Assembly: GCA_047947115.1 (NCBI GenBank)
Contig: CP170459.1
Location: 1,504,001-1,568,000 of the forward strand
Source of the DNA: Verrucomicrobiota bacterium
Lineage (GTDB): Bacteria > Verrucomicrobiota > Verrucomicrobiia > Limisphaerales > AAA164-E04
Length of the DNA: 64,000 nt
Reading direction: 5' to 3'
This document shows, piece by piece, positions 1 through 8,564 of the stretch; the first letter of the stretch is position 1, and every line of letters begins with the position of its first letter. The translations under genes were made by a program, and so were the position numbers. The notes below the pieces were generated by a model. It worked only from the letters and a program-made list of their open reading frames with translations, had not been told where the DNA came from and did no database searches.

Positions 1-1
1 C

Positions 2-1531
2 GCTGACGATTCCGGTGAATATACCGTCAAGATCATCGTTCTGGGTCTGTCTGAAACTTCAGAAGCAGCCACGATCTCCGTTCAAGAACCTGCCGCCTTG
101 GTTGCTGGAAACTCTATCGGTATCAACTTCGCCTCCGATGAGCCCGCCGGTAACGGTTCGGCTGTGGACGGCGAAGCGGGTGTGATTGGAACTTCTGTCT
201 GGAACAACTTGGTTGGCGGAAGCGGAGCTTCTGACTTCCTGGTTGCTGACGTGGACGGTTCTGCTGGTTTGACCGGCGTGAAAGTCACCTGGAGCTCTCC
301 CAACACCTGGTCCAGCCAGGGCCGTGGTGAAGAAAACAACAGCGCTCCTGCTGGCAACGACCGTAACCTCATGACCGGTTACATTGACACCAACAGCAAT
401 GATCCAAACCAGGTCATCGTGACCGGACTGCCTTCCGACCTCTCTTACGATGTGGTTGTTTACATGAAGGGTGGCGTTGTTGGCCGTGGTGGTGATTACA
501 CCGTCAAAGGCAGCCTCGCTAATGGCTTGGTTGCTCGATGGAACTTCGACAACGAAGACTTCAGCGATTCTGTGGGTAGCTACGATGGCGAAGGCATGGG
601 AACTGATCCGATTGCATTCGGTGACGGTCCTACCGCTGAGTTCGGAAAAGCTCTGACCTTGGATGGTATCGATCAATTCGTTGAAATCACCAGTGATGGT
701 GGCGACCTCGGTTTCACAGGTGGCAGCATGTCTGTTTCAACCTGGTTCCGCGCAAACGACTTCGATAAGAGCTGGCAAGCCCTGATCGCTGACGGTGAAG
801 GTAACCGCTGGCGTCTCCACCGCCGTGGCGGTGAAGGTGGTTTTGCCTGGGTCGGTGGTAACGGCGGCACCCCAGTGGGTGCCGATGTTTCCATTGGTGA
901 ATGGCATCACGTTGTGGGTGTGGCAGATGCTTCCGGTTTGGAATTCGGCTCTCGCCTCTATCTTGACGGTGAAATCTACGCCACAAACGTCACGCCCGCT
1001 GACTTGGGTAGCAACGACTTCAACGTCATGATCGGTGAAAATCCTGACGCTCGTGGTCGTACCTGGAACGGTGATATCGATGATGTAGCCATGTGGAACC
1101 GTGTTTTGACTCACGACGAAGTCAAAGCACTGGGTGCAGGTCCTCTCCAAACCGGAGGTGTGACCCTGCCTCACTATGATAGCGGCGCCTTCACCGGTAA
1201 CTATGTCCATGGTCGTGATGGTGATTACATCGTATTCAAAGACATCTCTGGAACCAGCTTCGTGCTGGAAGGTCAACCCGTCGAACTCCGCGCTCCAATC
1301 AATGGTATTGATATCTTGATCGGTGGTGGATTCGAACCTCCCGCCGGTGGCGGTGGTGGTGAAGGTGGCATCTCCAGTGTTGCTTTGGCAGACGGAAATG
1401 TGGTCATCGAATACACTGGCACGCTGAAGAGTGCTGACAGTGTGACCGGACCTTACAGTGATGTGGCTGGTGCCAGCTCACCTTACTCTGTGGCTCCTAC
1501 CAAGGCTGCTGAGTTCTACATCGCTGAATAA
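2..1531 (+). CDS. Large secreted/surface protein, 5'-partial: end of an Ig-like domain, a beta-rich domain interrupted by a LamG/ConA-like domain, a Gly linker and a C-terminal tail domain
   Basis: Frame is open from position 2 (ADDSGEYTVKII..., Ig-like). LamG motifs LVARWNFD, MSVSTWF, WHHVVGV, LYLDGE, GDIDDVAMWNRVLT. Tail GTLKSADSVTGPYSDVAGASSPY. Confidence 0.75.
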   Translation, partial: ADDSGEYTVKIIVLGLSETSEAATISVQEPAALVAGNSIGINFASDEPAGNGSAVDGEAGVIGTSVWNNLVGGSGASDFLVADVDGSAGLTGVKVTWSSPNTWSSQGRGEENNSAPAGNDRNLMTGYIDTNSNDPNQVIVTGLPSDLSYDVVVYMKGGVVGRGGDYTVKGSLANGLVARWNFDNEDFSDSVGSYDGEGMGTDPIAFGDGPTAEFGKALTLDGIDQFVEITSDGGDLGFTGGSMSVSTWFRANDFDKSWQALIADGEGNRWRLHRRGGEGGFAWVGGNGGTPVGADVSIGEWHHVVGVADASGLEFGSRLYLDGEIYATNVTPADLGSNDFNVMIGENPDARGRTWNGDIDDVAMWNRVLTHDEVKALGAGPLQTGGVTLPHYDSGAFTGNYVHGRDGDYIVFKDISGTSFVLEGQPVELRAPINGIDILIGGGFEPPAGGGGGEGGISSVALADGNVVIEYTGTLKSADSVTGPYSDVAGASSPYSVAPTKAAEFYIAE

Positions 1532-1563
1532 GCCGACTATTTAACAACGTTAAATCTCAACAC

Positions 1564-1596
1564 GAAAGCCCGCTCCCAGGAGCGGGCTTTCCTTTT
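1564..1596 (+). terminator. Rho-independent terminator
   Basis: GAAAGCCCGCTCC-CA-GGAGCGGGCTTTC followed by CTTTT, just after the stop at 1531. Confidence 0.85.
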
Positions 1597-1597
1597 A

Positions 1598-1801
1598 GGT
1601 AGATCGGACCGTCCCGGTCCGCACCTTGTGGCATCCTTACATAAATAAGCCATCCAAAGGAAAACCCAACCGTATCCGAACCCCAATATCACTGGGAGCG
1701 TTTACCAAGGACGCATGTCATTGAAAACCGCAGGCTTCCCAAAGCGGAAGTTGATTGGAATTCGTATGCCACAAGGGCGCGCCAGGGACGGCACGCTCTC
1801 C
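1598..1801 (+). repeat. GTAG-type REPIN-like element, copy A (about 204 bp)
   Basis: GGTAGA + hairpin CGGACCG-TCC-CGGTCCG + CCTTGTGGC at the left; inverted GCCACAAGG...GGGACGGCACGCTCTCC at the right; internal boxes shared with other copies. Confidence 0.85.
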
Positions 1802-1859
1802 TTTTCCATGTTCCAAACGCTTGGAATTTCCATTCTCTGATAGTAGGGTTCACCTGCAC

Positions 1860-3731
1860 ATGATGAGCTTAAATCGACAGTTTGTTGGGATCTTGTTACT
1901 TGCCTTGATAGGAGCTGAAGGCATGCATGCCGCCTCATTGGTTTCCAAAGACCTTATCAAAAACAAACAACATACCCATTTCCGCGTCTCACCAGACGGT
2001 TCCAAAATTGCTTTGTTGGCACCCCATGAAGGAGCCATGAATATTTGGCATCAGGGAGTTGGGCGTGGTAAACGCACACTCATCACGCGTGAATCCCGAT
2101 CTTTGACCCACTTTTTATGGCAATATGATAATGAACATCTCCTTTATCTCCAGGATCAGGATGGCGATCAGCAGCACCATCTTTATCAGGTGGATATAAA
2201 CGGATTCAATACGCGCGACCTGACGCCCTATAGAGGTATTCAGGCACTTGTGGTATCCATGTTGCCTTTGGTGCCGGACCAGATCCTTGTTTCCATGAAC
2301 CTCAACAGCCGGCAGCGGCACGATGTTTTTCGGATCAACTTGGACACCGGCGCGATTGAATCGGACACGATCAATCCAGGATATGTGATTCAATGGGCAG
2401 CTGATGCCGATTTGCAGACAAGGGCAGGAGTGACACTGTCCCCGGGAGGAGATTACGAGATTCTCATCAAGAACCTCGCCAATGGTGAGTGGACTCCCAA
2501 GGTGACGATTCCTGCGGGTCGTGCCATTCCGGGTTTGATCGGATTTTCTCCGGATGGTTCTGTTCTGTGGTATTTGGGAGATGACGAAACCGGGAGCATC
2601 AGGCAATGGGCGTTAAATCTTCAAACAGGCGAAACGGCATCCACTCCTGAAGGAAAAGTGGGTGATGTTGTCGACGTGTTTCGAGATCCTGTCTTGGGGG
2701 TGCCGGAGGGTGTGGCGCTCCGTAATCCCATGAAATCCTGGCGTATGTTTCATGGTGGATATGAAAGTATCATCGAGTTTCTGCGTTTTGAAAAAGGAGA
2801 TCTGTTCTTTCCGAGTCGAAGCCTTCAGAAAAAGGAATGGATCGTAGGATACACCGATCCTCAGATGTCGACTACCTATCAGGTCTATGTTCTGGGAGAT
2901 CGACACAAGGTCATCCTGATGGGAATGGAGCGGCCTAATCTACGCAACGGCAATTTTTCCGCCACCCAACCGGTGTTGATTCCCGGACCTGATGGACAAA
3001 AAATCCGAGCCACATTGAATCGTCCGATCCTGAAAAAGGAAGAACCTGTGCCGACGGTGATTCGGGTCGTGGATGGTGCCATGGATCAACCAACCTTCCA
3101 ATTCGATGAAGAAGCTCAGTGGTTGGCTTACAAAGAAATGGCAGTATTGACGATTTACCCGCCACGCGGTGTGGCTTCGAAAGAGGCAGTGACTGCGCTT
3201 GCTGATGATCATTGGGCCACAGGTTTGAAAGACGACATTCTGGTTGCCAGAAATTGGGCGATTGCAGAAGGACATGCCAAAGATGATCAGATTTATCTCA
3301 AAGGGACTGGTTTGGGTGCTTATGCCGCTCTCTCTGCCGGGGTGAAGCAACCTGATGCTTTCGCGGGTTTGGTTTTGGTGAATGGTGTAACAGATGTTCC
3401 CTCATTTATGAAAGAGTTGCCGACCTATGAACAATCTATCGCGTCCAAGCTGGCCGGATGGTTCACCGGTGACACATCCGGGCAGAAAGCGTGGGTGGAA
3501 CCATCACCGTTGGACCATCTAAATGACCTGGATTCACCTGTTTTGCTAGTGCACGGAGCCAATAATCCTTGGATTCGCAAGGATCAGGCGGGGCGTTTAA
3601 GATCCAAGCTTCTCAACCTTCAGAAGCCGGTGGAAACCCTCTTGATCGAAGGCGAAGGTCACCAGATCATTCAGGAGAACAACGTGATTCGCTACTACGA
3701 GGCCCTGGAAAAATTTCTAAGTGCCAGGTAG
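1860..3731 (+). CDS. S9/prolyl-oligopeptidase-family protein (beta-propeller + alpha/beta hydrolase), probably catalytically inactive
   Basis: Signal-peptide-like N-terminus from ATG 1860, SPDG propeller repeats, LLVHGANN and EGEGH motifs. The nucleophile elbow reads GTGLG instead of GxSxG. Confidence 0.8.
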   Translation: MMSLNRQFVGILLLALIGAEGMHAASLVSKDLIKNKQHTHFRVSPDGSKIALLAPHEGAMNIWHQGVGRGKRTLITRESRSLTHFLWQYDNEHLLYLQDQDGDQQHHLYQVDINGFNTRDLTPYRGIQALVVSMLPLVPDQILVSMNLNSRQRHDVFRINLDTGAIESDTINPGYVIQWAADADLQTRAGVTLSPGGDYEILIKNLANGEWTPKVTIPAGRAIPGLIGFSPDGSVLWYLGDDETGSIRQWALNLQTGETASTPEGKVGDVVDVFRDPVLGVPEGVALRNPMKSWRMFHGGYESIIEFLRFEKGDLFFPSRSLQKKEWIVGYTDPQMSTTYQVYVLGDRHKVILMGMERPNLRNGNFSATQPVLIPGPDGQKIRATLNRPILKKEEPVPTVIRVVDGAMDQPTFQFDEEAQWLAYKEMAVLTIYPPRGVASKEAVTALADDHWATGLKDDILVARNWAIAEGHAKDDQIYLKGTGLGAYAALSAGVKQPDAFAGLVLVNGVTDVPSFMKELPTYEQSIASKLAGWFTGDTSGQKAWVEPSPLDHLNDLDSPVLLVHGANNPWIRKDQAGRLRSKLLNLQKPVETLLIEGEGHQIIQENNVIRYYEALEKFLSAR

Positions 3732-3932
3732 AACGGATCGTCCCCGATCCGCACCTTGTGGAATCCTTGCTCAAAAATGGTATCCAACGGAAACTCTGAT
3801 GTAGTTGAACGCCACAATCTCCATGCGCATTCGGGAGGAATACAGGCTATTGAAAACGGAGGGCTTCCCAAAACGGCCGATGATTGGAATTCGAACGCCA
3901 CTAGGGACGCGCCGGGGACGGCACGATCTACC
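3727..3932 (+). repeat. GTAG-type REPIN-like element, copy B (206 bp)
   Basis: GGTAGAA-CGGATCG-TCCC-CGATCCG-CACCTTGTGG ... GCCACTAGGG...CACGATCTACC. Confidence 0.9.
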
Positions 3933-3946
3933 TGAGGTGGCCTGCA

Positions 3947-4030
3947 GGTAGTGCTGACCGTCCCGGTCCGCTCCTTGTGGTAATCTTATTCAAAACTCCC
4001 ATCCAAAGGAAACCCTTGGAGTAGTCAAAC
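3947..4030 (+). repeat. GTAG-type element, copy C (left half only, runs into the RAYT 3' end)
   Basis: GGTAGTGCTGACCGTCCCGGTCCGCTCCTTGTGG...CATCCAAAGGAAACCC; no right end seen. Confidence 0.75.
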
Positions 4031-4582
4031 ATCCACCACCTCTTCAGTGTGGCGTATCACATATGGCTATAGCTCATTTTTTGCGCACAGTCCGGCACGA
4101 ACTGGATTATTGAGTGTATAAGAGCACTTTTCAACATACTCATTGAGATTCCTGATTCGATGGTCAAAAAAATCCCGCTGCCACTGAATGCCAAAGGCTC
4201 GCGCTGTGTATGATTTCCAGTTTGTGACTGGCTTTCTCAAACCGATATCCACGGGCACAGAAAGCATGGCGTGCAGATGATCCGGCATTAACAGCATGAG
4301 GCGGCAGGTCCATTTGCCGATTTGATGGTAGTAGAAAGCTGATTTCAACAGGGACCACGCTACTAAAGGGTGGCATAGCTGATTGGTGCCCTTAGGTGTG
4401 GTGCAAATGGTGACAAAAAAGCATGGAGAACCGGAAACCCACTGAGGGATATAATGGGCGAGACGGCCTTTGCGTAATTGAGGATTTTTAAATTGGCATT
4501 TCAAAGGCTTTGGCCCTTCGAACTCAATGAAAGCAATTTGTTTTGTGAAGCCAGTAAAACACCTTAATTGAAAGATAGCCAT
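4025..4582 (-). mobile_element. REP-associated tyrosine transposase (RAYT/TnpA-REP, Y1 HUH superfamily); ORF stops at TAG 4067, probably a premature stop
   Basis: FFVTICT, LMPDHLH (HUH), WKSYTA, WQRDFFDHRIR and YTLNNPVRAGL (catalytic Tyr) motifs; flanked by GTAG hairpin repeats. Start codon uncertain. Confidence 0.9.
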
Positions 4583-4591
4583 ACTTTTTTG

Positions 4592-4817
4592 GGTAGATTC
4601 CCGACGAGTCGGTATCTGGGTACGCACCTTGTGGCGTTCTTATTCAAAATTGCCATCCAATGGAACCTCCTGAGGTAATCGAACGCCAAAACCCATCTGT
4701 TTGCGTTTGCATAGAATACAGATCATCGAGAACCACAGGCTTCCCAAAACGGAAGATGATTGGAATTCAAGCGCCACAAGGGGCGCGCCGGGGATACCGC
4801 AGTCGTGGGATTCTGCC
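4592..4817 (+). repeat. GTAG-type REPIN-like element, copy D (226 bp) with alternative terminal hairpins
   Basis: GGTAGATTCCCGACGAGTCGG...CACCTTGTGGCG; internal boxes present; right end GCCACAAGGGGCGCGCCGGGGATACCGCAGTCGTGGGATTCTGCC. Confidence 0.85.
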
Positions 4818-4838
4818 TGATGTGGGCGTTCGTCATTA

Positions 4839-6392
4839 TTAAGGTTTGATCGGGTATCGCTTTACTTTCACATCATTGAGTTGTTCAGGCCCAGGATTGC
4901 TTCGGCCTTTTGTGATCAAGTGTTCCAGCAATTGGCTTAGTTCCGTAACCTTGTCCGGTTGGGTGGCGGCAAGATTGTTCGATTCGGCAATGTCTTTCGA
5001 GAGATCGTATAGCTGTATCGTTGTTTCTGCTTCGCCCTTTGTCCAGCCGCCGGAACCCTTGTCCAGAACCAGTTTCCAATTGCCTCGACGAATGCTGGGA
5101 ATGCCGCGGATGGAGCAACTCACCGAGTGTTCCCGAATAGGTTTGTTCTCACCTTTCAATAGGGGTATCAGGCTGAAACTGTCTTCCCCTTCATTTTCTG
5201 CCAACGGCGTTTCGAGCACATCCGACAGGGTGGCGATCCAATCGGCTTGATGGATCAATTGATGATTTGTGGATCCGGGCGCCACAACCTTGGGCCAACG
5301 CACGATGAAGGGAACACGGTGTCCGCCTTCCCATGCGTCGGATTTGTATCCACGCAGTGGTCCGCTCGGGAAGTGGCCTTTGGCTTCCAATTGGTCAACA
5401 TCGATATAGGGCGCACAGCCATTGTCACTGGTAAACAGGACAAGTGTTTGCTCGGTCTGGCCGCTTTCTTCGAGCGCGTTGAGGATGTTCCCCACAACTG
5501 CGTCGGTTTCCATCACCATGTCGGCATAAAGATTGAGTCCGCTTTGGCCCTTCCATTCATCATTGACGGACAGCGGGGTGTGGGGAGAAGTGAGTGGGAT
5601 TTAGAGCAAGAAAGGTTCTGGAGTGTTCCCTTCGCTTTTGATGAATGCCGAGGCTCGTTCGGCGAGTGCCGGCAGGATGGGTTCCAGCGTCCAGTCTTTG
5701 AGCGCCGGGCCTTGTTTGCTGGCCTGGTTACGCGCCAGTTGTGGGGCTCCAAGAAACTCCGATGGGATGCCCACGGTGCGATCCTGATCGATAAAACAAT
5801 AGGGTGGCCAGTTGGGAACATCCGTTCCAAAATAGAGATCGAATCCTCGTGTGATTGGACCGCCTTCAATGGGTTGAGAGAAGATGGATGACCAAAGCTT
5901 GCGGTGATCCTCGGTTGCCTGCGCGTCGTTGGGGTGGTTGGCACGCATGGCTGGCAAAGCATCGTTTGGAATGGGCCAGTCCCATCCTAAGTGCCACTTC
6001 CCGATGCACGCTGTGTTGTATCCGCTCTTTTTGGCAAGTCCGGCAATAGTCAAGCGATTCGGCGCGATCAGTGTTTTGCCCCAGAGTCCTACAATTCCAG
6101 ATTGCAAGCTGGTGCGCCAGTGGTAGCGTCCGGTCAATAAAGTGTAGCGCGAAGGTGAGCAAACCCCGGAGGAGGAATGCGCATCGGTGAACCGCATCCC
6201 TTCACGCGCCAGGCGGTCAATGTTGGGGGTCGGAATGAGGCCTCGATCCGGGTTGTAACATTGTACATCGCCGTAGCCCAGGTCGTCGGCATAGATGATC
6301 AAAATGTTGGGTGTGTCAGCCGAGGCCGGGGATAGGCCTGCCCAAAGCGAGCTCATCAGGATGGAACAAAAGGATGCGAAGCAGTGTTTCAT
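4839..6392 (-). pseudogene. Arylsulfatase (formylglycine-dependent, Cys-type) split by one in-frame TAA at 5601-5603
   Basis: PNILIIYADDLGYGD, CSPSRYTLLTGR, GKWHLG. The reading continues in frame through the stop (EPFLL*IPLTSPHTP) into FTSDNG, GYKSDAWEGGHRVPFIVRWP and QLYDLSKDIAE. Confidence 0.85.
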
Positions 6393-6471
6393 AAAACAAA
6401 TCAAATGTTCGGGACTCAGATGCAATTTATAGACTCATCTTGCCATGACAAGTCGTGACAGATGAATTATT

Positions 6472-6854
6472 GGAGGGTCGGGTTCCACCCCGAACCCAAA
6501 CTTCCTCCTCGAAACCCTCCTGAGCAAGAGACGTGGAACGCGGGAAGCTGTTGGCAATTGTATGCCTGTGGCGTTTCCATTGCAGCCTGGTGGCGGGTTC
6601 GAGCGTTGCGAGGTCTGAAATGGGAGTCCCGACTCGTCGGGAGAGTTTGCCCCTCCATTTTGTAAATACGGAGGGTCGGGTTCCACCCCGAACCCAAACT
6701 TCTTCCTCGAAACCTTCCTGAGCAAGAGACGTGCAACGCGGGAAGCCGTTGGCAATTGCATGCCTTTGGCGTTTCCATTGCAGCTTGGTGGCGGGTTCGA
6801 GTGTCGCGAGGTCTGAAGTGGGAGTCCCGACTCGTCGGGAGAGTTTGCTCTTCC
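6472..6854. repeat. Tandem pair of 185-bp GGAG-tagged REPIN-like units (6472-6656 and 6670-6854; period 198 bp)
   Basis: Near-identical units that start GGAGGGTCGGGTTCCACCCCGAACCC, contain the hairpin TCCCGAC-TC-GTCGGGA, and end CCCTCC / CTCTTCC. Confidence 0.9.
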
Positions 6855-6870
6855 TGGAATTTTTTGGGTC

Positions 6871-7719
6871 TCAGGAACTCGCGCTGTTGTAGTGCCGCAT
6901 GGCGAAGCGCCACATGGCTTCCGATGCCATCAGGCACACCATCATCATGACAATGAGTGAAACAATTTCCATGGGGCTTTCCATTTTTTGAATAAAAAAC
7001 TTCGTCGGGATATTGGCGACCAACAGCATGGGGACGGCGAAGGTGAAGAATGCTTTGAATCCCCCCTTGAAGGCCGAGTCCGGCAATCGTGCCACGTTGA
7101 AAAGGTTGTAGTATCCCCAGGCAAATCCTTCCGCCTTGATGGTCCAGAAGCTGATGCTGGCCAAGATGAACATCAGTGAGTAGTGGATCATGATCCCGCA
7201 AACACACATTAAAAGGAACCCGGCACATTGGATCAGTGTGGGTTGGAGATTCAATTGCACGCCTGCGTAAACCATCACCGAAATGGCTGCGAGCGTGCTG
7301 ACGTAAGAGCCCAGATCCATGGTTCGAAGAGAGATGAGGAACCGGGAATTGACAGGCAGCAACAGCATGAAATCGAGGCGACCGGTCCTAATGTGTTCGG
7401 AAAGTTGAGTGATGTTGTTCAGGAAAACGGCGTGAAAAAGCTGTTCGATGAAATTGGCAGCGCCAATCAGGAAGATCACTTCATAACGACTCCAGGTGCC
7501 GATGTGATCGGTGTGAGAGTAGATGACCGAAATAAAAGTGATCTGCAGACCGAACCAGAGCATTTCCACCACCAGCCAGAGGAGAAAGTTGGCCTTGAAC
7601 TGCATGTCGCGCATGACGGAGTTGCGACACAACGCTCCGTAAATATTCACATAACGGCGCCACCCCTTTTTCAATGGAGGGATGGAATCTGATTGGCTGA
7701 CCGGGATGGTTTTGTTCAT
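6871..7719 (-). CDS. ABC-2 family transporter permease (DUF990-like)
   Basis: Multi-TM protein, IRTGRLDFMLLLP motif; paired with the upstream paralog. Confidence 0.8.
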   Translation of the reverse strand: MNKTIPVSQSDSIPPLKKGWRRYVNIYGALCRNSVMRDMQFKANFLLWLVVEMLWFGLQITFISVIYSHTDHIGTWSRYEVIFLIGAANFIEQLFHAVFLNNITQLSEHIRTGRLDFMLLLPVNSRFLISLRTMDLGSYVSTLAAISVMVYAGVQLNLQPTLIQCAGFLLMCVCGIMIHYSLMFILASISFWTIKAEGFAWGYYNLFNVARLPDSAFKGGFKAFFTFAVPMLLVANIPTKFFIQKMESPMEIVSLIVMMMVCLMASEAMWRFAMRHYNSASS

Positions 7720-7723
7720 GTGT

Positions 7724-8557
7724 TCATCCTCCTACCGCCGTATAAGATTTGATTCCGCGGCTCCACACAAACCGTGCCGCGAAGAATGCGATGACCAGCC
7801 ATATGAATTGCACGATCAAGCCGTTCCACATGTCGCTTCCCTCGACGCGTCCCAAGTAGATCAACACCGGATAAGACAGAAGATAAGGGAACGGGGTCCA
7901 ATAAAGCAGAGTCTCCAACCAGCCGGGTAACAGGTCAATGGGGAAGAGATGCCCTCCCGCCACATATTCGAAGGCGTACAAGATAAAGATGAACGTCGCC
8001 ACTTCCAGCAGCCAAAACGCCAACAAGGCCATCGTGTAGGAAAGCATGAATTGAAGCAAACCCGTGAGCACCAGGGAAACCAGCGACAGGATCAAAGCTT
8101 CCTTGCTTGCCGGTGAGGCCCAATACTGCTGCTGCCACAGCAAGAACAATCCAACCGGAATGGATGCTACCGCCAGATACATGGCGCGATTGGCAAAGAA
8201 CAGGCTGAGGCGAAAGGTGAGGTAGTCGATGGGTTTCAGTAGGAACTGGCTGATGGTGCCATTTCTAATATCGGCAACGATCTGCCAATCGTCTTCATTC
8301 ACCGCTGTGAGTGAGTTCACGACAAGGATCAGCAGGTAGTAGGAAATCATGTGGGACAACTCATACGTTCCGATGGTCTCTCCTTCGCCTTTCCCTGAGA
8401 AAATGGTTTTCCACAGGAGCACCTGGGCAAGAAGGGGAATCAAGGAAAAGACGGATCGGAAAAGGAAGTTCATCCTGTAGGCAAGCGTGTTCTGGATGCC
8501 GATATTGATGACATGTGCGTATTTGCTGAAGGATGAGAGTCTTGCCGACATATCCAT
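7724..8557 (-). CDS. ABC-2 family transporter permease (DUF990-like)
   Basis: YRMNFL, DIRNGTISQFLLKPIDY, GHLFPIDLLP, ends YTAVGG. Confidence 0.8.
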   Translation of the reverse strand: MDMSARLSSFSKYAHVINIGIQNTLAYRMNFLFRSVFSLIPLLAQVLLWKTIFSGKGEGETIGTYELSHMISYYLLILVVNSLTAVNEDDWQIVADIRNGTISQFLLKPIDYLTFRLSLFFANRAMYLAVASIPVGLFLLWQQQYWASPASKEALILSLVSLVLTGLLQFMLSYTMALLAFWLLEVATFIFILYAFEYVAGGHLFPIDLLPGWLETLLYWTPFPYLLSYPVLIYLGRVEGSDMWNGLIVQFIWLVIAFFAARFVWSRGIKSYTAVGG

Positions 8558-8564
8558 AAAGGTT

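Noticed and set aside
1755..1859. N-terminal extension of the S9 ORF (and 4583-4627 of the RAYT ORF)
   Set aside because: These start inside repeat elements A and D; downstream ATGs give more sensible N-termini.
6472..6854. CRISPR array
   Set aside because: Only two 185-bp units with a 13-nt gap, no unique spacers and no cas genes.
6435..7228. ORFs with internal peptide repeats (6435-6761, 6467-7228 and others)
   Set aside because: They are translations of the tandem DNA repeat and an alternative frame of the permease gene.
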